The position numbers were made by a program, and so were the translations under genes. Positions 1-10,900 of a stretch of DNA of 64,000 bases are shown in pieces (within the stretch, counting starts at the first letter, position 1; the number at the start of each line of letters is the position of its first letter). The notes under the pieces were generated by a model that saw only the letters and a list, made by a program, of their open reading frames with translations, was not told the DNA's origin and did not search any database. Source of the DNA: an uncultured bacterium (GTDB taxonomy: Bacteria; Verrucomicrobiota; Kiritimatiellia; RFP12; UBA1067); the NCBI GenBank assembly GCA_902801025.1, contig CADCGZ010000012.1, positions 29,830-93,829 of the forward strand, given 5' to 3'.

Positions 1-754
1 GTCCCGTGGTGCCGCGCTTGCGCATGTTCTCGGGGAGAAATGTATAGCAGCAAGGCCAGGGATTGTAGGCGCGAATCCTGCGCTCAATCTCGATCACCGG
101 CTGGTCCCAGTCGATAAGCCCGTCCGTCTTCTTGAGCTTGCGCGCGTAGGTCGCGGAGCCCTCGTCCTGCTTGACCTCAGGGGGAAGCGCGTTTGCACCG
201 AGAAGCCGAAGCGCCTTTGCAAGCGTGACGCCACCCGCTATCGCGAGATCGTCCATCAGCTGGCCGCCAGTCGTGTCGGGGTATATCGGCTCAAAGCTCT
301 GGAGCATGATCGGCCCGTCGTCAAGCCCAACTCCCATCTTCATAACGGTGACGCCCGTCATCCTCTCGCCCGCCTCGAGGGCTGCAACGACAGGAGCCGC
401 GCCGCGGTACTTTGGGAGAAGCGAGAAATGGCAGTTGACGCAACCAAAGAGAGGCAGGTCAAGAAGCGGCTTTTTAAGAATCTGGCCGAAGGCGACCACT
501 ACGACGACATCTGGCTTCCACGCGCGAATCTTCTCCATTGGCTCTGGGTCGTTGACGCGCTCTGGCTTTATGATGTCGCGAAGCCCCATGTCGGCGGCGT
601 ATTTCGCGAGGGCGCACGGCGACAAGACCTTGCCGCGGCCCGTAGGGCGGTCTGGCTGGGTTACGACCCCGACGACTTCGAACTCCTTTTCGCGCAATAG
701 CGCGTGGAGGCATTCGGCCGACGCCGAGGACGAACCCATGAAGACTACGCGCAC
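1..754 (-). CDS. fmt: Methionyl-tRNA formyltransferase (runs off the left edge)
   Basis: Not in the ORF track. Manual translation from GTG at 754 gives MRVVFMGSSSASAECLHALLREKEFEVVGVVTQPDRPTGRG, the typical Fmt N-terminus. Starts 4 nt after the infB stop. Confidence 0.93.
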   Translation of the reverse strand, partial: MRVVFMGSSSASAECLHALLREKEFEVVGVVTQPDRPTGRGKVLSPCALAKYAADMGLRDIIKPERVNDPEPMEKIRAWKPDVVVVVAFGQILKKPLLDLPLFGCVNCHFSLLPKYRGAAPVVAALEAGERMTGVTVMKMGVGLDDGPIMLQSFEPIYPDTTGGQLMDDLAIAGGVTLAKALRLLGANALPPEVKQDEGSATYARKLKKTDGLIDWDQPVIEIERRIRAYNPWPCCYTFLPENMRKRGTTG

Positions 755-758
755 GAAA

Positions 759-3248
759 CTACAGGCTCCTTGGCAGCTCCTCGAGCGTGTAGCACTCGAT
801 AATGTCGCCGACCTGGAACTCCTCGTAGTCCGCGAAGCACACGCCGCACTCCTGCTGGCCTGTGACCTGGGCTACTTCGTCCTTGAAGTGGCGGAGCGTC
901 TGCACCTTGCCGTCCCAAATCTGCTGCTTGTTGCGGAGGATGCGGTACTTCTCCTTGGCGATGAGCGAGCCGTCGAGCATCTGGGAGCCCGCGATCTTGC
1001 CGAGCTTGCCGATGTCGTAGATCGCCTTGATCTCCGCATGGCCCTTGATGACTTCCTTGTACTCTGGCGGCAGGAGGTCGAGCATCGAGTTCTTGACGTG
1101 GTCGATGAGCTCGTAGATGATGCGGAATGAGTTGATCCTGACGCCGTCGTGGCGCGCCTGCTGCTGGACGCCGGAGTCGTTGGAAATGTCGAAGCCGACG
1201 ATAATTGCCTTGCCGGCCGCCGCGGTTTTGACGTCCGTAAGAGACACGTTGCCAGTACCTGTCCCGATGACGTTGAGCCCCACCTTCTCGGACTTGATTT
1301 CCTGAAGCGCTGCGACAACCGCCTCGAGCGTGCCCTGGTTCTCGGACTTCACGATGACATTGAGCTCGCGCTTGCCCTCGGCCGCCATGCGGCGCATGAG
1401 GGCGTCGAGCGTCGTCGCCTTGGAAGACGAAAGCTCCTGCTCCTTGCGCTCCTGCGCGGTCTGCTCGGCAAGAGTCCTTGCACGCTTCTCGTCAAGCATT
1501 ACGCGGAACTCCGCGCCCGCCTCGGGAACGCCGGAAAGACCGGTGCACTTGACTGGCATCGCGGGCGGCGCTTCCTTGATGCGGCGACCGTGGTCGTCGA
1601 TAAGAGCGCGAACCTTGCCGAAGTGCTCGCCGACGAGAATCGCGTCGCCGACCTTGAGCGTGCCGCCGGTGACGAGGAGAGTCGCGCAGGGGCCGAGCCC
1701 TTGCTGGAGCTCCGCCTCAATGACGTAGCCATTCGCGCGGCGATTTGGATTCGCCTGAAGCTCAAGCACCTCGGCCTGGACGAGAATGTTCTCGAGAAGA
1801 GCGTCAACGCCCTCGCCAGTCACGCCGGAGACAGGGCAGCAGATGATGTCGCCGCCCCAGTCTTCAGGTGTGAGGCCACGCTTCTGGAGCTGCTGCTTTA
1901 CGCGGTCAACGTTGGCCGTCGGCTTGTCGCACTTGGTGATGGCGACCATGATCTGGACGCCAGTCTGGCGCGCGACCCTGATGCACTCCTCGGTCTGCGG
2001 CATGATGCCGTCATCTGCCGCGATGATGAGCACCGCGATGTCGGTGAGCTGTGCGCCGCGAGCGCGCATCGCGCTGAACGCGGCGTGGCCGGGGGTGTCG
2101 AGGAAGGTGATCTTCTTACCGGCGATCTCAACCTGGTAGGCGCTGATCTGCTGGGTTATGCCACCCGCCTCGCCGGCTGCGACATGCTCCTTGCGGATCC
2201 AGTCCATGAGCGTCGTCTTGCCGTGGTCGACGTGACCGAGGAACGTGACGACTGGAGCGCGGGGCTTCAGCGTCTCGGGCGGATCCTCCGGAATGAGATC
2301 GTCGGCGTCGATCGCCTTGAGGACGGGCTTCGCGGCGGCCTTGTCGCGCGCATGCTCGATCGTCACCTTGAAACCGTATTTCTCCGCAACCTTCGTCGCA
2401 ACGTCAGGTTCGACGCGCTGGTTGATGGACGCGAGTATCTTGAGGCCCATCAGGTCCGCGATAAGGCGGTTCGGCTTGATGTTGAGCTTCGCGGCGAGAT
2501 CCTTGACGATCACTGCGCCGCGAATCGAAATCTCCTTTGCCTCCTCGTCGACCGAGATGCGGCTGCCCTGCTGGGGAACGACCTGGGCGACGCGCGGCAC
2601 CCCGCCGCGCTGCTTCTCGAACGCCTTCTGCGCGTCGCGGCCCTTCTTCCCCTTGCGGCCGCGCTCGTCCTCGTAGTCGTCGACCTTGGGCGACTTCGGC
2701 GGCTTTGGCTTTGCGGGCGCAGCGACGGAAATGGAAATCGAATGAGCGGGTGAGGCGTGCTGAAGAGGCCTAAAGCCGGACGCGGCGGTGAGGCCGGTCT
2801 TTGCGGCGCTCACGGGGGCGACGGTCTTCGGCTTGTAGCCGGGCGCCATGCGGATGGCGGGCTTTGCCGGCGCGGCAGGCGCATCCTTCGCGGAAGCGGC
2901 CTGGGGCTCACTCTTCGATGGCTCCGCGGCAGGGGTCGGCTCCACGGAAACCGCGGGCACGGGCTTCCCTTCTGCGGCGGCCTTGGCTATCGCGAGATGC
3001 CTCTCGAGCTTGGCCCGCTGCTCGGCGAAGAACTTGGCGTTGAGCTCAGCCGCGAGATTGCGCTTTTCGGAGCGCTTCGCGACGCGGCTCGCGCCTGCGT
3101 CCTTGCTGATGGCGGCCTTGAGCGCCGCCGCTTCTCCGTCATCGACGGAGCTAATGGCGCTCGTGGCCTCCATCCCGGCGGCTTCGGCCGCCTTGAGAAC
3201 CTCGACGCTCGTCACGCCGATTTCCCTTGCTATTTCGTATATTCTCAT
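759..3248 (-). CDS. infB: Translation initiation factor IF-2
   Basis: [14 protein letters not shown] and DTPGHAAF GTPase motifs; N-terminal [13 protein letters not shown]2_N domain. Confidence 0.99.
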   Translation of the reverse strand: MRIYEIAREIGVTSVEVLKAAEAAGMEATSAISSVDDGEAAALKAAISKDAGASRVAKRSEKRNLAAELNAKFFAEQRAKLERHLAIAKAAAEGKPVPAVSVEPTPAAEPSKSEPQAASAKDAPAAPAKPAIRMAPGYKPKTVAPVSAAKTGLTAASGFRPLQHASPAHSISISVAAPAKPKPPKSPKVDDYEDERGRKGKKGRDAQKAFEKQRGGVPRVAQVVPQQGSRISVDEEAKEISIRGAVIVKDLAAKLNIKPNRLIADLMGLKILASINQRVEPDVATKVAEKYGFKVTIEHARDKAAAKPVLKAIDADDLIPEDPPETLKPRAPVVTFLGHVDHGKTTLMDWIRKEHVAAGEAGGITQQISAYQVEIAGKKITFLDTPGHAAFSAMRARGAQLTDIAVLIIAADDGIMPQTEECIRVARQTGVQIMVAITKCDKPTANVDRVKQQLQKRGLTPEDWGGDIICCPVSGVTGEGVDALLENILVQAEVLELQANPNRRANGYVIEAELQQGLGPCATLLVTGGTLKVGDAILVGEHFGKVRALIDDHGRRIKEAPPAMPVKCTGLSGVPEAGAEFRVMLDEKRARTLAEQTAQERKEQELSSSKATTLDALMRRMAAEGKRELNVIVKSENQGTLEAVVAALQEIKSEKVGLNVIGTGTGNVSLTDVKTAAAGKAIIVGFDISNDSGVQQQARHDGVRINSFRIIYELIDHVKNSMLDLLPPEYKEVIKGHAEIKAIYDIGKLGKIAGSQMLDGSLIAKEKYRILRNKQQIWDGKVQTLRHFKDEVAQVTGQQECGVCFADYEEFQVGDIIECYTLEELPRSL

Positions 3249-4540
3249 GCGTCAACGGCCTCCTCGCCGGCCATGAGCTTGGCGACGGCCTGCGCCGCCG
3301 CGTAAATGCCCTTCGCCGTAACCTCGTCGAGACCGGTCGCCGCGATGAAGCTCGCTTCGTCCTCGCCGACAATCCCGTCAACCGAAAGGAAGCCCGCGTC
3401 GGCCATCTGGGTGGCGACCGCCGTCGAGACGGAGAACGTCTCGGCGAGCTCCTTGATGGCAGCGGCCTTCTGGTCCTCGAACGAGGCCGTCGCCATCGAC
3501 TTGCGGATCTCCACATGCCAGCCGGTGAGCTTCGTCGTGAGCCGGACATTCTGGCCCCTCTTGCCGATCGCAAGCGAATACTGGTCAGCCGCCGCGACGA
3601 CGTGGACCGTGTTAGGAAGCACAGGATCGACCTCGATCGACTCGAGCTTCGCCGGCGCGAGCGCCTGGGCGACGTACTGGCGGATGTCGTCGTTCCAGCG
3701 GACAATGTCGATCTTCTCGCCGTTGAGTTCGTTGACAATGGCCCTGACGCGGCTACCGCGCTGGCCGACGCACGCGCCGACGGGGTCGACGTTCTCGTTG
3801 GAAGTCCTGACCGCGAGCTTGGCGCGGTAGCCAGGGTCGCGGCTCACGCCCATGATCTCGACGATGCCGTCGGCGATTTCGCTGACCTCGAGGCGGAAGA
3901 GCGCTTCGACAAACTTGCCGCTAGCGCGGGAAAGGACGACGCTCGGCCCCTTCGCGCTCTTGTCATCGGAGGAAACGACACGAAGGATGATCGCGCGGAT
4001 GGGATCGCCCACCTGGAATTCCTCGGTCGGGATGCGCTCCTTGCCGGGGAGGATCATCTCGGTCTTGCCGACTACGACATAGATGTCGCGGTGGGAAACG
4101 GCGGAGACGGTGCCGGAGACGATGTCGCCGACGCGATCCTTGTATTCGGAGAATGTGTTGGTGCGCTCGGCTTCGCGAATCTTCTGCATGATCATCTGGC
4201 GCGAAGTCTGCGCAGCGATGCGGCCAAGCCGAGAGGCAGGCATCTCGATTTCAATCGTATCGCCCTCTGCGACGGGCTTTCCGTGGTTGGCGCGGGTGGC
4301 TCTCGCGATGGAAATGAAGCCAGGGCCCGTATCCTCGTCGGAAGCCACTAACGTGTCAAATACATGCAAGGAGAGGTCTTTGCGGTCAATTACGACACGC
4401 AGATCGTTGGTGACGTCACGGTTTTTGCGCGCGGCCTGGCTGATTGCCTGCTCAATCGCCTGAAGGACGATTTCACGGCTTACGCCACGCTCGCTCTCAA
4501 TATGCTGGACAACCGCCAGCAGCTGACTGTTCATCGCCAT
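3245..4540 (-). CDS. nusA: Transcription termination/antitermination factor NusA
   Basis: LGRIAAQT, S1 domain, KH motifs DPVGACVG and SLAIGKRGQNVRL; ATGA overlap with infB. Confidence 0.98.
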   Translation of the reverse strand: MAMNSQLLAVVQHIESERGVSREIVLQAIEQAISQAARKNRDVTNDLRVVIDRKDLSLHVFDTLVASDEDTGPGFISIARATRANHGKPVAEGDTIEIEMPASRLGRIAAQTSRQMIMQKIREAERTNTFSEYKDRVGDIVSGTVSAVSHRDIYVVVGKTEMILPGKERIPTEEFQVGDPIRAIILRVVSSDDKSAKGPSVVLSRASGKFVEALFRLEVSEIADGIVEIMGVSRDPGYRAKLAVRTSNENVDPVGACVGQRGSRVRAIVNELNGEKIDIVRWNDDIRQYVAQALAPAKLESIEVDPVLPNTVHVVAAADQYSLAIGKRGQNVRLTTKLTGWHVEIRKSMATASFEDQKAAAIKELAETFSVSTAVATQMADAGFLSVDGIVGEDEASFIAATGLDEVTAKGIYAAAQAVAKLMAGEEAVDA

Positions 4541-4617
4541 TTCAACTCTCCTTTTTTGTCAAAAATCAAAACACACCTAACGGTACGGCCCATCCGAGCC
4601 GCCGAAAAGTTGTTGTA

Positions 4618-4646
4618 GTATAGCAAATAGCCCCCCGAGCGGTCAA
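4618..4646 (-). promoter_or_regulatory. Sigma70-like promoter of the nusA operon
   Basis: Minus strand reads TTGACC, a ~17-nt spacer ending TGC, then TATACT, about 80 nt upstream of nusA. Confidence 0.6.
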
Positions 4647-4708
4647 CCCGCAAAACTGCGATTTTTTATGCCCTAGATCAGTTGCAAATGAGCTGCATAC
4701 GCTGGACC

Positions 4709-6874
4709 TCAGCGGCAGGTAGAGCGGCGGACGATGGCGAGGGAGGCGGGAATGGCGACGGCGAGGGCGAAGACGATCGAGAAGAACGCGCCCTTCGCGA
4801 TGATTAGCATCGGCACGACGAAAGTCGCGGGGAGCCCCCAGTTCGCCATAGCCGCGCGCGTACCCGTCGTACAAAGCCAGCCAAGCGGCGCGCCAAGCGC
4901 AAGCCCAAGCGCGACGCCGACAATTGCAACCCCAAGCGCTTCGCCTATAAGCACCTTCGCAAGCTGGAACCGCGTCGCGCCGACCGCGCGAAGAACGGCG
5001 AACTCGCGACGACGCGACTCGAACGACGCAACAAGCATCGCGACGAAGCCAAGAGAGATGACGGCGACGAAAATGAACGGCACGCGCGCCATCGCACCCA
5101 CGAGATCGCTCCCATGCGCGAGCGTTCCGTCGGCAATCTCGTCGCGCGAATGGAGACGCACGGTGTTGCCGCGAATCTCGCCTTCGAAATCCTCGCTCCA
5201 GGCGCCGCCAAGCGCCTCGGCGATCTCGCGCTCCACAATGCGTCCAGACGGGAACACACCGTTTGCAGCGAGGAACTCCGGCTCGTAGTCGAGCCATACA
5301 TGCGTCATCTTCACGAAGTCCTGCGGCCTTGCGTCGCAGGCGGCAAGCGTGTCGAAAGAAACGAAGACGGGCCCATCGGTATTGACCGGCATCCTGTTCA
5401 TCCCACGCACGAGGGCGCGGCTCGTCACCATGTGCCAGTTGAGATCGACTACGCCGACTACCTTAAGAGGGATAATGAGCCCACGCCCAGCGTCCAGCAC
5501 AAGTTCGTCGCCGACATTTAGCTTGCGGGCGCGCGCCATCATCTCGGTTATGACGCAGTTGTCGCCTTCCGCAAGTGCTTTCTCCGCCGACTCGCGGTCG
5601 CCCTGCGAAAACTTGAAGTCGGGAAGCCACGCACTTGCAAGAAGTAGCGCGTTCCTGTACTGCTTCATTGGCCCACGTCCGCCGCGGCCGCCACCGCCGC
5701 CGCCGAAGCCCTTCAGCTCCTCAAGCGGCGAGATATTGACCTGAAGCGGTTGAAGTTCGCCTATGCGCTTCACGCCCTTGAGGTTGCGTAGATGCTCTAT
5801 GTCAAAGCTCGAGACGCCGCCAGGGAGTATCGAAACTATCGCATCTGGCCACTCGGGTGAAGGTATGAACGGCTTTGTGAGCGACGTGCCCCACGTCTCC
5901 ACGGCGACAAACGCGCCGAAGCCGCACGCGAACGCGATAATCATGCCAAGCTGCCTCTTGCGCGGCGCACGGCCTGACGCGGCCTCGAGCGGCCTGACGG
6001 CAAACGCCGGCTTTAGGGCGAAGAGAGCGCCAAATACTGCGACGACAGGCGCGACTGCTATGACGGCAATTACGCCCTTCATGCCGATTGCAGCACCTGC
6101 GGGAAAAGTCTCTGCGTCACAAGCGACGTATGCGAAGAGCGCGGTAATTGCGCCGCCGATGCCGAGCGCAAGCCCCGCGGCGACAAGCGCAAGCGCTTCG
6201 CGGACGATCATTTTCGCGACACCGCCGCGCGTCATGCCAAGAATCCGCAGCGTCGCAATTTCCATGCGGCGGGATTCGATCGTGAGAAAGAGAGTGTTTA
6301 CGAGCAGGCAAAGAGCCGTAAGCGCGGCGGCCCAAAGGAGAAGCGGCTTTGCGCGATCCATGTTGCGCCCTGCGTCGGAAAGGAACATCGGGGACAATTC
6401 CTCGGCAGAGACTGGCTTGAAGTCCTGCCATTCCTCGTCTATCTCTGCAACGGCAGACGGTGGAAGGAACATGTTGGGATAGCCGCGCGCAGGACGCTCC
6501 CAGTCGAGGTAGCCAGCGAGCTTCACGCGATACGCGCCCTTGCGACCGACGAGAGTAAGCTCTTCGCCTATCGCGGGGAGGTTCTTGACGCGGCGCTGGG
6601 CGAAAAGCGCCTTGGTGACGAGCGCGCCGTCGAGCCCTGGACGCGTCGCGGCGTACGCCATCATCGGCGGGCCCTGCAAAACGCGACCATCTGGACGGAA
6701 GTCGAGCTGGAGCTGCACTGTGCGGGCATCGGCGTCGACAGGAACGGCCTTGATAAGCCGCTCGGCAATTGCGACCGCCTGGGCGTCGTTGGTCTCCACA
6801 AGCGACTGCGTGAACACGACTGCCCCCGCAGCGGCGGCTATTCCGAGAACTGCACATATATGTCTTGCTCTCAT
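4709..6874 (-). CDS. ABC transporter permease, FtsX/MacB-like, with two permease domains
   Basis: Two RRxE(I/F)AxLRx(L/V)G motifs with flanking hydrophobic helices; adjacent to a LolD-like ATPase. Confidence 0.88.
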   Translation of the reverse strand: MRARHICAVLGIAAAAGAVVFTQSLVETNDAQAVAIAERLIKAVPVDADARTVQLQLDFRPDGRVLQGPPMMAYAATRPGLDGALVTKALFAQRRVKNLPAIGEELTLVGRKGAYRVKLAGYLDWERPARGYPNMFLPPSAVAEIDEEWQDFKPVSAEELSPMFLSDAGRNMDRAKPLLLWAAALTALCLLVNTLFLTIESRRMEIATLRILGMTRGGVAKMIVREALALVAAGLALGIGGAITALFAYVACDAETFPAGAAIGMKGVIAVIAVAPVVAVFGALFALKPAFAVRPLEAASGRAPRKRQLGMIIAFACGFGAFVAVETWGTSLTKPFIPSPEWPDAIVSILPGGVSSFDIEHLRNLKGVKRIGELQPLQVNISPLEELKGFGGGGGGRGGRGPMKQYRNALLLASAWLPDFKFSQGDRESAEKALAEGDNCVITEMMARARKLNVGDELVLDAGRGLIIPLKVVGVVDLNWHMVTSRALVRGMNRMPVNTDGPVFVSFDTLAACDARPQDFVKMTHVWLDYEPEFLAANGVFPSGRIVEREIAEALGGAWSEDFEGEIRGNTVRLHSRDEIADGTLAHGSDLVGAMARVPFIFVAVISLGFVAMLVASFESRRREFAVLRAVGATRFQLAKVLIGEALGVAIVGVALGLALGAPLGWLCTTGTRAAMANWGLPATFVVPMLIIAKGAFFSIVFALAVAIPASLAIVRRSTCR

Positions 6875-6909
6875 CTGACTCCTAACTACTAACTACTGAC
6901 CCCTGACCC

Positions 6910-7626
6910 CTAACTCCTATACGTCTCCAAATACCTCTTCGACACCATCTCTGCATCGCCCTCGGTAGCATACGAGGCGGCTATCTTGCCGTCCTTCAAG
7001 AAATGGACTTTGCTCGCCGTCGCAGCCACCTGCGGGTCATGCGTGACAACGAGGATCGCGCTCTTCTCCTTGCCGTTGAGATCGCGGAGAAGCGAACATA
7101 TCGCCTTTGACGCCTTCGCGTCGAGGTCGCCCGTCGGCTCGTCTGCGAGCACCACGTCGGGAGACGCGATGAGTGCGCGGGCAATCGCGACGCGCTGGCG
7201 CTCTCCACCAGAAAGCTCCTCAGGTTTCTTCGAGAGGATGTCCGCGATACCAAGCGCCGAGACGAGCGACTTAAGCCGCTCTTCGTCGACCTTCGCACCG
7301 TCGAGGCGAAGCGGAAGAACGATATTGTCACGCACCGTCTTCTCGTTCAGGAGATTGAACGACTGGAAGACGACTCCGATGTGGCGGCGGCGGAATTTCG
7401 TCGCGGCCGCGTCGCTCATCTTCACGATATCGCTTCCGCCGACGAGTATTTCGCCCGCGTCGGCGGAGAGAAGCCCCGCCGCAAGATGCAGGAATGTGGA
7501 CTTGCCGCTACCGCTTGGCCCCATCAGCGCCTCGAAGCTGCCAGGCGCCATCTCCAGGGAAAAGTCCTTGAGAACTTCCTGCTTGCCATACTTGCGGCAC
7601 ACGCCGCTTGCGTTAAGAGCTTCCAT
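6910..7626 (-). CDS. ABC transporter ATP-binding protein (LolD/MacB family)
   Basis: GPSGSGKST, LSGGERQRVAIARAL, DEPTG and VTHD motifs. Start moved to ATG 7626, which follows GGAGGA. Confidence 0.93.
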   Translation of the reverse strand: MEALNASGVCRKYGKQEVLKDFSLEMAPGSFEALMGPSGSGKSTFLHLAAGLLSADAGEILVGGSDIVKMSDAAATKFRRRHIGVVFQSFNLLNEKTVRDNIVLPLRLDGAKVDEERLKSLVSALGIADILSKKPEELSGGERQRVAIARALIASPDVVLADEPTGDLDAKASKAICSLLRDLNGKEKSAILVVTHDPQVAATASKVHFLKDGKIAASYATEGDAEMVSKRYLETYRS

Positions 7627-7655
7627 CACTCCTCCATAGAGCCAATTTTTGAGTT

Positions 7656-7686
7656 TAGCCGTGTAGAACGTGTAGATCGTGTAGAA
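7656..7686. repeat. 9-mer tandem repeat (GTGTAGAAC-like, x3)
   Basis: tagccgtgtagaacgtgtagatcgtgtagaa; an inverted copy lies at 38623-38653. Confidence 0.75.
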
Positions 7687-7857
7687 TTTCTGCATGTTAT
7701 ACCTTGGCTTATCCTTTTGACATATTAAACGCCCCTATTCACAAAACGGTTCATACGCGATATAAGTAGCAGATCACACCCGGCACAACTTCCCGCCTTC
7801 CGTCTTCACCTACCGCGCACCTTCAATCTGCCGCCGCTTCGCCAGCGGGTAACAACA

Positions 7858-7892
7858 ACTCGCCTAATCTGCATGTTGCAAATTAGGCGAGT
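7858..7892 (-). terminator. Hairpin downstream of the giant surface-protein gene; probable terminator
   Basis: actcgcctaat-ctgcatgttgcaa-attaggcgagt, followed by TTGTTGTT on the minus strand. Confidence 0.55.
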
Positions 7893-7977
7893 CTGACAGT
7901 CTTCCACCACTTCTACTTCTCGTGCCTACCGGTCGGGCCGCACGAGCCCCCGTCCGTGCAAGTCCGTGGTTAACACC

Positions 7978-10900
7978 CTACCGTTTGCCGAACACGAAGT
8001 CGCTGAAGTCGCTGTCGCAGGAGGTGCCGACGGCCTTTACCGAATAGTAGTAGGTCTTGTCTGCTGCGCCACTTTCATCGGCGTAGGTCGTCTCCGTGGT
8101 GGTGTCGATCTCGACTGCGTAGTCGCTGCCGGTCCGCGTGCCACGGTAGACCCTGTAGTACGCCGCACCGTCGACCGACTGCCACGAGACCGTCACCGCC
8201 GCCGCGCCCGAAGTGGTCGTCGCCGTGACGCCCGTCGGCGCTGGAATCGAGCGGAAGCCCGTCTCGACGGCGCTCTTCGCGCTCTCGGAGACCGCATTCG
8301 TCGCCGTCACCCAATAGAAGTAGAGCGTTCCCGGCGCGGCGGTCGTGTCGTCGAACGAGACGGACGGGACAGCAGGGACGGACGACACGACCTCTGCCGC
8401 ATCTGGATTGTTCGAGGTGCCGCGATAGATCTTGTAGCCCTCCGCGCCGGGCGTCGCGTTCCACGACACCGTCACGCCCGTCGCCGACGTGCCGTCCGTC
8501 GCGTACACGCCCGTCGGTGCGCCGATCTTGAGGCTGCCGGCCGCGCCCGCGCTGTAGCCGCTCGCGTTCCGGCCCTCGCCGTCCGCCGCCGCCACGACGA
8601 AGTACCAGTACGTCACGCCCGGCTCGGCGGTCGTATCGGAATAGTTGAGCGCCGTCTGCCAGCCGCTGACCGGCGTCTTCGAGCCGCTTGCCGACGCGCT
8701 ACGGTACACGCGGTAGTGGCTGGCCTCCGCCACGGCGTTCCACGCGATCTTGACGCGGTCGGCGAAGCCGCCGTTCGAAGCCGTCACGCCTTCCGGCACC
8801 GCAAGGCGCAGATAGCCGACGTCCGAAGCAGACGCCTCGCCCTCGAAGCTCGCGCCAACCGCGACGACCCAGTAGTTGTAGGTGACGCCGTTCGCCGCAT
8901 TGAGATCCATCCAGCTCGTGCCTGCCGAAGTCCCGACCTCGACGGCATCTTCCACGAACTCCGTCGTCGCGCGGAGAATACGGTACGAAACCGCACCCTC
9001 AACCGCGTTCCACGTCACCGTGATCCAGTCCGCGGACGTGCCGTCGGACGCCGCCACGTTCCTCGGTACGCCAATCTTGCGGTTTCCGGCCGCGCTTGCG
9101 CTCGTCATCCACTCGCCGCCGTTCGCCACGGAGACAATCCAGTAGTAGTACCACGTGCCGGGAAGCGCCGTTGCGTCAACGTACGCCGTGTCCGCCGTGG
9201 ACGCAAGCAACGTCGCCTGGCTGAAGTTGTCGACCGTCGAACGGTAGATGTTGTAGCCAACCGCCCAATCGACGGCGCTCCAGGAGATCGACACGTCCCC
9301 GGCGGATGTCCCCGCCGTCGCCACGACATCCCGCGCAACGCCAGGTTCGCCCATCGTAACTGTCACCTTGAAGAAGCGATGTTCCTCGTTCACCGGAATT
9401 ACCCACGCCGTATCGGTCAGGTTCGTCTTGCCCATCACCGTGTAGTGGCGCTTCGGTTCGGCGTTCGAGAGATCCGGCGTCCACGAGACCTCAACCTCGC
9501 CGTCCGCTCCAACATGAATGTCGGCCAGCAACTGCGAGTCGGGATCCCACGGATCGAATCCCGCGACCCACGATTCCCAGAGCGGAATGCCGTTGTCGCC
9601 AACCTGCACCATTTTCGACTGAAGCGACTCGGGCGTCGAATCTTCGTCCACGTACCCGTATGCGCCGAGCCATTCGACCGGCACCGCCGCGTCCGTCCCT
9701 TCCACAGGCACATTGCCCAGCCCCGTCGGGAGCGTGAACTCGTACGCGCCGATATCGACGATGCCGTTCTGGATGCGCGCGTTGCCGCGAATGTCCGTCT
9801 CGCCCGAGACATACCTGTTGTTGCCCATGTCGATGCACGGCGAGTCTCCCAGCAGACGGAAGTCGCCGTTCGCCGCATCCACGAAACGCGGATTGCCCGT
9901 GAAACTGTTGAAGGACGCCATGCGCGAGTCGATATTATTGTCCGAGGTGCCAGCGCTGTTTCCATAAACGATGCAGTTGTAGTTCGTGCTAACGGACACT
10001 CCATCAACAAGCCATGCATGCGTCCCGCCGCTATTGTAGCCGCAACGGTTATCGTAAATGGTGCAGTTCCGGCAAACAGAACGCGAAGCACCGCCACCAG
10101 CACCCTCGGTCGCGCAGTTCCCGTAAATGAGGCAATTCTCCAATTCTGAATCATACGCTCCGCCACCGTACCCCGTACTTATCAGTGCGCATTCGTTATC
10201 GGTAATAACGCATTTGGAAACTGTTGCACTATTAATTCCGCCGCCACTAACGGATGCAGTGTTGTTGCTGACGACACAGCCATACAGGCTTCCGCCATAG
10301 GCGCCACCTCCGTGTGTCAACGCCACGTTGCCCTGGAGGACACAGTTCGTCACAGCCGCAGCATACGTTCCGCCACCAGACTTCTCCGCGCGATTTGAAA
10401 TCACAGAACAGTTAACCAGCACACCGCCACTGGCACCCGCGCCATTTGTTGGGCAACTATTGTTGATGAACAAACAGTCGTAAGCCATCGCCGAATGTGA
10501 ACCTCCGCCACTGTTCCCGCACGAGTTCCCTTCCACCGTGCAATGATAAAGCGCAGAGTAGCAGGTACCGCCACCGCTACGCGCAGCACGGTTTGAGACA
10601 ACAAGACAGTCGTATAGCGAGCCACCATAAACGCCGCCGCCGTCAAACGGAGTTGAATATCCGTTCTGTATCGTAAATCCGCGAAGAACGGTATTCGTCA
10701 TGGATGCCGTTGCGGAATAACCCGACAACCTTGCGCACATCGCCGTGTTACCGCCGTCGATGATAGTCCGCTCAGCGCCGTTCACCGACTGGATGGTGAT
10801 CGACTTGTTGTTCGAGTTGATCGGGGCGTACGTGCCGTCCGCGACAATGATCGTCATTCCCGCAACCGACTGGTCGATCGCGTGCTGGATCGTCTTGAAC

